Virus record (IMG/VR): IMGVR_UViG_3300004097_000004
Origin: an uncultured virus (IMG/VR IMGVR_UViG_3300004097_000004)
Taxonomy: Duplodnaviria; Heunggongvirae; Uroviricota; Caudoviricetes; Schitoviridae
Direction: 5' to 3' (one strand)
DNA: 20,000 bases
Positions within the stretch are counted from its first letter, which is position 1; every line of letters begins with the position of its first letter. Positions 1-7,562 of the stretch are shown here, in pieces. Under the pieces are notes generated by a model. The model worked only from the letters and a program-made list of their open reading frames with translations. It was not told where the DNA came from and did no database searches. A program made the position numbers and the translations under genes.

Positions 1-3000
1 TGATACTGCTCTCTGATACGGTCAGGTATATAAGCATCTTCATCCGGATTAAGGTTTAAGAATTTTTTGATATCTTTATCATTTGACAGATTTTTATTAC
101 CAAACTCAATCGCCCAGTTATAGGTAGCTAGTGCCACAGATGTGAGAGTGTTCTCATCAATCTGCCCATCTTCTTGTAAGAAGCCTTTCAAATCCTGATA
201 ATTGAAGTCAGCTCCAGTTTTATCTGATTTACCTTTACTCTTGAACGTATCTAATAGATGCTGTGACAACTCATCTCTATAAGCCAAGAAGTCTACTAAC
301 TGATCTCTCTGTGCCTTTGTAGGGCTTTCAGACACGAGTGAACCCAATCCTTGCATTAGATCAATCTTTAGCTTAGACGCTAGATTAGCCACACCTGATA
401 AAGGCTTAGACTTGGCAGCTACTTGAGTGAAACCGGCCAGTAGTTGATTGCGCTGCCAGAACTCTTTACTACGCTCAATCTCTACCTCTTCCTTGATAAC
501 ATCTTGGAATACCTTGGCTTTACCACCCTCACTTGATTTGAAGTTAACCTCATTATTCTTAGACTGAAGCTCTACGGTACGTGATGTGATATCCATCATA
601 CGGTCAAACAAAGTAGCTGTTTGGTCGTTACTGGCAATGTTAAAGAACGTGCGTAAGCTATTAGTTATTTTACGGAATAAGCTACTCTTAACCTTACCCT
701 CAGTAGTAGACACAGAACGTAGGAACTTACCGATAGCAGGGTCACTTACTACAGCACCTAGTAATTTCTCATTACTAGATAGAGCATCTAATAGTCTGGC
801 TTTCTCTTTACGTGTAAGACCCATGTACTCTTTACCGCTGAGAGTAACAATACGCTCAATATCACGCTTGGCTTTAGACAAATCATAGTTAAGCTGAACC
901 ATCTGTTTACCTTCAGCTTTGATATTCTCATACGTACTGTCTTGCAAACGAATAGCCAAATTAGCAGTAGCACTGTACACAACCATACGTGTAGTTTCTT
1001 GTAGGATATTACTACCCTTACTATTAACCTTTACGTAGATAGTATTGTTGGATTTATCATAGCTACTTGCTTTCACTGTCTCAGACAAACGTATCTTTAA
1101 GCCGGGATTAAAATTAAGAATAGGCTTAATGATTGAAGTATATAACTTACGTTCTTTAGTACTGACTGTCTCTGACTCAATGTAATCAAACAGAGTGTCA
1201 ATAACAGGCTCAATTACTGTAGCTTTACGTAGCTCTTTAGGGAAAGTACGCCCCTTAACATTATCAAGTTCAGGTGTAGTATCTACACTTGCTTCGCTGC
1301 TATCTGTTTGTTGTAACACCTGCTTAATACCATTATCTGCTTCAATCTGATCAATGATATCGCCATCAGTCATCATGTCATCAAATTCTAGTATGCTACG
1401 TACGTTCTTACCTTCAATATCGGTATTGTCCAGTACAACTTTTGCTACTCTGTTATCTGACTTATTACGCACAATATTAAGCGACCATTGACCACCAGTA
1501 TTACTAGGGCCACTATAGTTGTTTCTGTATCCACGCTTACCAACAGTAGAAGTAGTGGTTAACTCATTACTACCTTGTTGTGGTTCAAGTGGGTTAGAAG
1601 CCACAGTAGATAGCTTACCTTTACTATTTACAGCACTTCGCTTAGGTACAACCTTTCTAGGTGCATTAGCCAGTAGAGTAGTATTATCTACTCCTAATTT
1701 GCTCTGTAGCTGTTCTTGTAGGTAAGCGTACGTCTTAGGTGCATTGGCCTTTAACTTCGCCCCTACGCCCACATCAGGGAACATTACGTTACCTGTTTCA
1801 GCAGTAGCTAATACCTTATCAATAGCTGCAGTATTTTTATCTAATGTTTCATCTGTAGCAACATTTAACCCATATTGATTTTTCTCATTAAAACCAAATG
1901 TATCATCAGTTAAATAGATCGCATCATCTACAGTGTCATCTTGCTCAGCAAATACTGTTGCAGGATTAACTGGTACTACAGGGGTTGGAGACACACTCAC
2001 AGGAGGCACAGCAGCCGTAGGCGTAGGTGCCGATGCAGTAGTAGTCGTTACAGGCGTAGTGGGTGTAGGCACGACCACAGGAGCTGTTACCGTTGATGCT
2101 ACAACTGGGTTCTGTGTATTAATCAAGGTGCTTGATATAACACCCATTGCTTCCCTAAAATCAGACAGATCATTAGCTTCTGACTGGATAGCTTTAGTTA
2201 AACGGTTAGGCCCATTAAATGATAAACCACCTGCTTTCTTAAATTCTGCTTCTGTGTAAGCACTACGGTCAACAATACCCCATTCATTATTTTCATTAGG
2301 AGCAATGGTCAAAGGATTATCACGAGTAGCTGCAGCTATGTTGTCTTGGATTAATGTATTTTTACTTGCATGGTTATCTACAAAGTTATCAAGCATACCT
2401 AAATACTTATCGGCAGTGTCAGTGTCATTCGTACTTATACTACGAGTGATCACTTCTTCATACTGTTGAATACCCAAATTAGACTCTAAAGTAGTAGCAC
2501 CTTTCTTACCCTTATAGATTTCTGTGCTAACTTTATCAATGTCATTACCTGATTTGATTTTCTCTTTGATACCTAACAGTTTACGTAAAGCCACTTTCTG
2601 CGCTTGACTGTAAAGAGGACTCTCTTCAATCTCTTTCTCACCTAACACAGAGACTAAATCTCTTTTACTTTTGCTTATGTACTTCTCATTTTCGTCTATG
2701 AAGGCATCAGTAGATTCTATAAATTCCTCAATGTTTTCTTCTTCTGTAATATCTACTTCTTCATCAAAAGGAATATCAAGAGGTGCAATCTCTTCAGCAT
2801 CATAGTCTACCGTTTCTTCTGTATTCTCAGCACTAGATTGACCTGCAATCCTACCTGTAACAGACACGTGAATATGACCACCTGTAGCCCCCTCAGACGG
2901 ATTAGTATATTCATTAAGAACTTTGATTGTGAAACCCTGAGCTTTAGCAGATGCTTCCAACTTCTTAACGATATCAGCACTTTTAGCTTTGGCTTCAGCT

Positions 3001-5318
3001 TGCGTACCTTTAATACTGAAATCAAATGCCTGTCCTTTAGGGTGTTGACCGCCACGACTACCATGGAAATCATCATTAAAAGATGCAAAATGAACTAGTT
3101 CATCACCAACTAAGTCTTGAGTTACTTTAGCAAAGTCAGCAGTATATCCACGTACTTCACCATTACCTATAGATTCACCACTCTTAATACGTAGACCTTT
3201 TAACTTATCATTACTGACAAAACCATTACCTGAATTGGTAGCAGTACCTACTGATCCACCACCTAAGTAACCACGTACTTTACCTACATAACCATCTACT
3301 TCAGCTTTACGTGCTGCACTGCCTGAGAATGTACCATTCTTATAGCTACGTACACCGCCACGGCCTGCATTGTATGCAAGGATAGCGTCATCCCAATTGC
3401 CAAACTCTTTATATGACTTAGCTAAATCTTGTACGGTAGCATCTACAGCAGCATTAGTAACACCAATACTATCCCCTGTTCTTAAGCCATATTCTTTACG
3501 GAATATACCAGTGTGTTGTAGTAGACCTACCGCACCTGTTGGACTCTTAGCTGAGAACTTACCTCCTGACTCTGTTGCAACAATAGCTGTAATTACCCGC
3601 ATAGGTACACCAAATTTCTCTGATGCTTCTTTGAAGTAAGGAACTTTAGCTACAGCAGATTTAGACACTTCCCAAGTTTTACGTTGGTCATCAGACATGT
3701 GAGAAGTATCGTCAGAATTAGCAATACCTGTTGAAGTGGTAGATACTTGGTCATCTGATCTTGATGGAGTATAACTACCTATCTCTGTACCTCTATCTGC
3801 AATAGCTGCATCGTAGCGGGCAGCACGTACTGAAGCAGTGCTTTCAAGTGACTTAGACACATTGCCTATCATTTCTCTGCTCTGCTCAATAATCTCAGCC
3901 TTATTAGCTTTAACACTATTGATATGGTTTTTAACTTCAGCTTCCATTGGTGCCACATACTTAGCTTCAAACTCTATCAAGTCATTGATAAGCTTTGTCT
4001 GTGTTGCAATATCTGTCTCACTGTCAATTGCTTTTTCCATTTCGTCTACACGTGTGTAGATAGCTTTACTTGCAGCAACAACAGTAAGCTCCGCTTGTGC
4101 ACGCTCTTCAGGATTACTTGAACCACTCTTGAATAGTGCATCTTTATACGCGCGTACAGGATTGAATTTATCACTGGTGATATCAACGTTTTCTTCAGCT
4201 GTACCATTCTTTCTAGTATCTCTCTGCTCTATAGCAGTACCTACATCAGCTGTGGCGCTACCTACGACTCCTGGAAGTGTTGTGGCTACGTTAGCATTTA
4301 TCCCAATTAGCAGACCCTGTGTACCGGCTGCTAGAGCACCCTGATCCAAACGAATACGTTTATCCCAGTTATCTATTACTTTCTCGGCAGACTCACCTAA
4401 GAACTCTTCTACACCCTCTACTGGAGCACCTATAGCAGCACCTTTAAGAGTACGAGCACTGTTACCTGCCATACCTGATAGGATTGTATCCATATCGCCA
4501 TGTGGGGCTAGTCTTGCGAAACCACCAGTAATACCACCCACAGTTAGGCCTTTGGCAGCAGCAGCCATAATAGTGCGAGCATCTACATCGTTGTTAGGGT
4601 CATCAGCAGCTTCTGAGATAGCGTTACCAAATACTGTACCACTGGTAGCTGTACCTACTCTTGCAGCTGCACTCATCTTGTTTAAGCCACGAATACCACT
4701 GACAACCTTACCACCTGTGTACATCTCAACCACTGACTGAGGAAGTACCTTAGCAGTATCAAGTAGTAGCATATCAGGATTATCTTTGTAGTAACCTGCA
4801 ACAGCTCCTGCACGATCTGTCTCAGACATGTTGGTATTCTTCATGATACCGTCTAATAAAGCTTGCTTGTTCTTAACAAGATCAGACTTATTCTCTTGTA
4901 AGAATTCCTTGGCTTGGTTTAACCCTAGTGCCTGCTTAGTGTTATTGATAGTTAGGTCAGTATCAACATCTGTACTACCTTTAGTAACCATGTCATAAAT
5001 CATTTTGTGACCAGAACCTGCCAGAGCAGCACTAGATGCTAAACCACTAGCAGCACCAACTAGGCCTGAGCCTATAGCATTAGCCGTATCTTTGAGCACA
5101 GCAGTAGCAGTATTGGCTTTAGGCACACGGTTAGCTGCCAGTGTGTTTGGCTCATACACTACTTGGTTTGGTTGGTTGAAGTCAGGTATAGGTTCAGCTA
5201 CCTTAGTGGCTATACCATTTTTAGTCTTGAAGGTATCAAGTGTTGTTGCAACGTTAGCACGTGCATTCTCAAGATCAATTTTGTTCTGCTCAATATAATC
5301 TGTAATGGTATTCGCCAT
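1..5318 (-). CDS. Giant virion-encapsidated RNA polymerase (N4 gp50-like vRNAP), N-terminal 1772 aa. The gene continues beyond the left edge. Includes SLT and M15 peptidase domains.
   Basis: Manual translation from ATG at 5318 (MANTITDYIEQNK..., purine-rich AGAGAG upstream) gives no stop codon down to position 1, and the frame is consistent at both ends. It sits directly downstream of the gp52/gp51-like genes, as in N4-like phages. I saw no Cys codon, and N4 vRNAP is Cys-free. The last ~150 aa (RNQLLAGFTQ...DENTLTSVALATYNWAIE...DIKKFLNL) resemble the start of the polymerase part of N4-like vRNAPs. The catalytic motifs lie outside the window. Confidence 0.88.
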   Translation of the reverse strand, partial: MANTITDYIEQNKIDLENARANVATTLDTFKTKNGIATKVAEPIPDFNQPNQVVYEPNTLAANRVPKANTATAVLKDTANAIGSGLVGAASGLASSAALAGSGHKMIYDMVTKGSTDVDTDLTINNTKQALGLNQAKEFLQENKSDLVKNKQALLDGIMKNTNMSETDRAGAVAGYYKDNPDMLLLDTAKVLPQSVVEMYTGGKVVSGIRGLNKMSAAARVGTATSGTVFGNAISEAADDPNNDVDARTIMAAAAKGLTVGGITGGFARLAPHGDMDTILSGMAGNSARTLKGAAIGAPVEGVEEFLGESAEKVIDNWDKRIRLDQGALAAGTQGLLIGINANVATTLPGVVGSATADVGTAIEQRDTRKNGTAEENVDITSDKFNPVRAYKDALFKSGSSNPEERAQAELTVVAASKAIYTRVDEMEKAIDSETDIATQTKLINDLIEFEAKYVAPMEAEVKNHINSVKANKAEIIEQSREMIGNVSKSLESTASVRAARYDAAIADRGTEIGSYTPSRSDDQVSTTSTGIANSDDTSHMSDDQRKTWEVSKSAVAKVPYFKEASEKFGVPMRVITAIVATESGGKFSAKSPTGAVGLLQHTGIFRKEYGLRTGDSIGVTNAAVDATVQDLAKSYKEFGNWDDAILAYNAGRGGVRSYKNGTFSGSAARKAEVDGYVGKVRGYLGGGSVGTATNSGNGFVSNDKLKGLRIKSGESIGNGEVRGYTADFAKVTQDLVGDELVHFASFNDDFHGSRGGQHPKGQAFDFSIKGTQAEAKAKSADIVKKLEASAKAQGFTIKVLNEYTNPSEGATGGHIHVSVTGRIAGQSSAENTEETVDYDAEEIAPLDIPFDEEVDITEEENIEEFIESTDAFIDENEKYISKSKRDLVSVLGEKEIEESPLYSQAQKVALRKLLGIKEKIKSGNDIDKVSTEIYKGKKGATTLESNLGIQQYEEVITRSISTNDTDTADKYLGMLDNFVDNHASKNTLIQDNIAAATRDNPLTIAPNENNEWGIVDRSAYTEAEFKKAGGLSFNGPNRLTKAIQSEANDLSDFREAMGVISSTLINTQNPVVASTVTAPVVVPTPTTPVTTTTASAPTPTAAVPPVSVSPTPVVPVNPATVFAEQDDTVDDAIYLTDDTFGFNEKNQYGLNVATDETLDKNTAAIDKVLATAETGNVMFPDVGVGAKLKANAPKTYAYLQEQLQSKLGVDNTTLLANAPRKVVPKRSAVNSKGKLSTVASNPLEPQQGSNELTTTSTVGKRGYRNNYSGPSNTGGQWSLNIVRNKSDNRVAKVVLDNTDIEGKNVRSILEFDDMMTDGDIIDQIEADNGIKQVLQQTDSSEASVDTTPELDNVKGRTFPKELRKATVIEPVIDTLFDYIESETVSTKERKLYTSIIKPILNFNPGLKIRLSETVKASSYDKSNNTIYVKVNSKGSNILQETTRMVVYSATANLAIRLQDSTYENIKAEGKQMVQLNYDLSKAKRDIERIVTLSGKEYMGLTRKEKARLLDALSSNEKLLGAVVSDPAIGKFLRSVSTTEGKVKSSLFRKITNSLRTFFNIASNDQTATLFDRMMDITSRTVELQSKNNEVNFKSSEGGKAKVFQDVIKEEVEIERSKEFWQRNQLLAGFTQVAAKSKPLSGVANLASKLKIDLMQGLGSLVSESPTKAQRDQLVDFLAYRDELSQHLLDTFKSKGKSDKTGADFNYQDLKGFLQEDGQIDENTLTSVALATYNWAIEFGNKNLSNDKDIKKFLNLNPDEDAYIPDRIREQY
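2850..3200 (-). other. M15/LAS-type Zn peptidoglycan peptidase domain within the vRNAP ORF (about aa 707-823)
   Basis: Reads FASFNDDFHGSRGGQHPKGQAFDFSIKG...ATGGHIHVSV. It has H-x6-D (codons 3042-3044 and 3021-3023) in an HxxGxAxD context and HxH (2868-2876). Confidence 0.8.
3264..3650 (-). other. Soluble lytic transglycosylase (SLT/GH23) domain within the vRNAP ORF (about aa 557-685)
   Basis: Reads YFKEASEKFGVPMRVITAIVATESGGKFSAKSPTGAVGLLQ...FGNWDDAILAYNAGRGGV...EVDGYVGKV. Motif I is ES (catalytic Glu codon 3570-3572), motif II GLLQ (3516-3527), motif III AYNAG (3363-3377), and the terminal ExxxYV motif is present. Confidence 0.92.
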
Positions 5319-5385
5319 TTTATACTCTCTATGTTTAATTGAATAACTGGGTATAGTTTATACCACATACAAAACTACAGATAAT

Positions 5386-5410
5386 AAAAAAGCCACCATT
5401 TAGGTGACTT
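5386..5410 (-). terminator. Rho-independent terminator after the gp51-like gene, upstream of vRNAP
   Basis: Minus strand reads AAGTCACC-TAAAT-GGTGGCTT then TTTTATT: an 8-bp stem with one G-U pair and a U-tract, 10 nt after the stop codon at 5421. Confidence 0.8.
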
Positions 5411-5420
5411 AGTTTAGATC

Positions 5421-6986
5421 TTAGTAATTATTTCTCAGATCGTAGACACTTCGTGGAGTACCACCACTAGCCTTAGATGGTTTAACTTGATTGCCACTTT
5501 TCTCAATAGCAGCGGCAGCTCTTTTAGCTTTTAGTGCCTTGTCCACATACTCGGGTTTGTCTGTGTAAACAGGGCCTTTGTACTCACTGTTTCTTAATGA
5601 TGGGGGTAGGTACTTGTTATGCTCACTATCAGGACCCATATTCATAATTTTAGTTAGTTCAACTGCGTCAACCAGTTTACCTGCACCCCCAAAAAAGTTT
5701 GCATACACTTCGGCGATAGCGTTGTTTTCTTTTATAGGTTGTGTCTGTTGACGTAGGCGGTTAACAAAATTAGGTACTACCTCTTCGTAAAGACCCTCAT
5801 AGTTAGATACCCCTGCTACGTTCCATGTGCCCGCACTATCAGACTGAAGCTCACCTGTTGCCATGGCTTGAATTACAGCCCACTTCTCATCGTCATTGAG
5901 TTTAAGTGACTTACCTTGCACATTCTGTAGAGCATAGTTAGTTAAAGACTTCTGTGCTTGCCCTAACTGAACATTGTCAAGAACCCTATTATCATCAGGG
6001 GTTTTCATGTACTCAAGAACACGGTCAGCAAACGGTACAGAGTCTGTAGGGTTACGCAGCTTACGTACAGCATCATCTACCTGAGCTGCCAATCCTTGTG
6101 CAGCAGCTCCTGCATCAATACTACCATCTTTTTTAAACATCGTAGGTGGTAAGCCATATAACTCCGCTTTATTACGTACTTCTGCAACCTGAGCTTGTTG
6201 TGTTTTAGCTGTACCCTCCTGTATCTTAAAAGACAAGCCAACATTGCCACGAGTGTTAGCATCAATAGCATTATTAATGTTTGTCTCGGCAGTTTTCTGA
6301 CGTAGTCTTCTCTCATAAGCATCGTTATTCTGACTTTCACCTAGTGCAAACAGATTAGCAGAATCAAGCATATCTATACCATCAGGGTCAGATTTAGCTA
6401 TGGCCTGATCCATTTCTAATTGGTACTTAGCAGCTTCAGCTTTACCCTCTGGTGTAGTCATATCCAATGTACCTAAGTAAGCTTCACCACTACTCATTAT
6501 TTTTAAAATGTCTGAGTACTGTGCTTCTTTCTTGGCTGCAGCAGACGCAGCTTCTGCTTCACTATTGGTACGTGCGTTAACAATACCTGTCTGTGTCATG
6601 TCTTGGGTAGCTGACTGTAGATCAACACCTGCTTGGGCATTACCTATCTGCTTACCACCACGGTTGAGTAACGTGTCTTTACGTGTATCCAGTGCTGCTC
6701 CTATTACAGTTGGGTCCCAGTTGTTACCTGTTGCTGCTGCCATACCTTTGAACTGCTCCATTAGAGCTGCTACGGCAGTAGGGTCATTTATGTTCTCAGG
6801 TGTTTGCTGATTAATGATAGCTTGCATATCTGCGTGATTACGGTTCTGTACCGCACCCATAGCCTCTTGGAATACACCTTGCAAACCAGTTAATGCAGTG
6901 TTACCTGATTGGGCTGCCGCTAGGCGCAAAGCATTACTATCATTAAAGTTAGCTCCTGCAACTTGTCTAAAGTCAATTGTAGCCAT
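5421..6986 (-). CDS. Internal virion/ejection protein, N4 gp51-like (periplasmic tunnel candidate), 521 aa
   Basis: Ala/Gln/Asn-rich, Cys-free ORF with a GGAG RBS, lying between the gp52-like gene and vRNAP. Function is inferred from synteny. Confidence 0.65.
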   Translation of the reverse strand: MATIDFRQVAGANFNDSNALRLAAAQSGNTALTGLQGVFQEAMGAVQNRNHADMQAIINQQTPENINDPTAVAALMEQFKGMAAATGNNWDPTVIGAALDTRKDTLLNRGGKQIGNAQAGVDLQSATQDMTQTGIVNARTNSEAEAASAAAKKEAQYSDILKIMSSGEAYLGTLDMTTPEGKAEAAKYQLEMDQAIAKSDPDGIDMLDSANLFALGESQNNDAYERRLRQKTAETNINNAIDANTRGNVGLSFKIQEGTAKTQQAQVAEVRNKAELYGLPPTMFKKDGSIDAGAAAQGLAAQVDDAVRKLRNPTDSVPFADRVLEYMKTPDDNRVLDNVQLGQAQKSLTNYALQNVQGKSLKLNDDEKWAVIQAMATGELQSDSAGTWNVAGVSNYEGLYEEVVPNFVNRLRQQTQPIKENNAIAEVYANFFGGAGKLVDAVELTKIMNMGPDSEHNKYLPPSLRNSEYKGPVYTDKPEYVDKALKAKRAAAAIEKSGNQVKPSKASGGTPRSVYDLRNNY

Positions 6987-6990
6987 ATTC

Positions 6991-7551
6991 TTATACTCCG
7001 TATTTGCTCATGTAGTCGTCAACACTTGCGTAGGTATTAGGGTCTTTAGCTACACGTGTTGCTTGACGATCAGCCAGTGCTGCATTGGTAGTTTTAGCAG
7101 ATGCTTCAAAGTTTTTATTAAATGAGTCTTTGGTGAATTGAAACTGATCATCAGCTAGTTTGTTTTGTTGGTAGGCATTGTACATATTATAGACACTCTG
7201 TGCTCCGCCCAGCACTGCACTACCTTTTTCACCAAAAGACATCTTATCCCAACTTGCAGCACCTTGATCAATTATCTCCCCTGCTCCTTGAGCTACTGCT
7301 GAGACATCTGCACCTACACCCGCATAGGTATTAGGGAACTTGGATTGAAGCCATTGTTGAACAGAGTTAAGCTGCTTACCTGCACTCACTTGTATATCAG
7401 GTGCAACGTTAGAGACACTGTTTACTATAGGTGTAATGCTCCCTGTTTCTGCCATACCTCCAGTATTGCTGTAAGGACTTGGAATACTAACATTTGGTGT
7501 TTGTGCCCCCTGCAAGATGCTGCTTATTGTGGTAGGAAATTGTATAGCCAT
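6991..7551 (-). CDS. Virion ejection protein, N4 gp52-like (outer-membrane channel candidate), 186 aa
   Basis: AAGGA RBS. The C-terminal pattern GSAVLGGAQSVYNMYNAYQQNKLADDQFQFTKDSFNKNFEASAKTTNAALADRQATR...SVDDYMSKYGV is typical of the N4 gp52 family, and synteny agrees. Confidence 0.8.
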   Translation of the reverse strand: MAIQFPTTISSILQGAQTPNVSIPSPYSNTGGMAETGSITPIVNSVSNVAPDIQVSAGKQLNSVQQWLQSKFPNTYAGVGADVSAVAQGAGEIIDQGAASWDKMSFGEKGSAVLGGAQSVYNMYNAYQQNKLADDQFQFTKDSFNKNFEASAKTTNAALADRQATRVAKDPNTYASVDDYMSKYGV

Positions 7552-7562
7552 TACTGTAATCC

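Noticed and set aside
5350..5364. Triloop palindrome as a vRNAP hairpin promoter
   Set aside because: The loop (GTT/AAC) and A:T closing pair do not fit the C-GNA-G consensus. I kept it only as a possible operator or late-promoter element.
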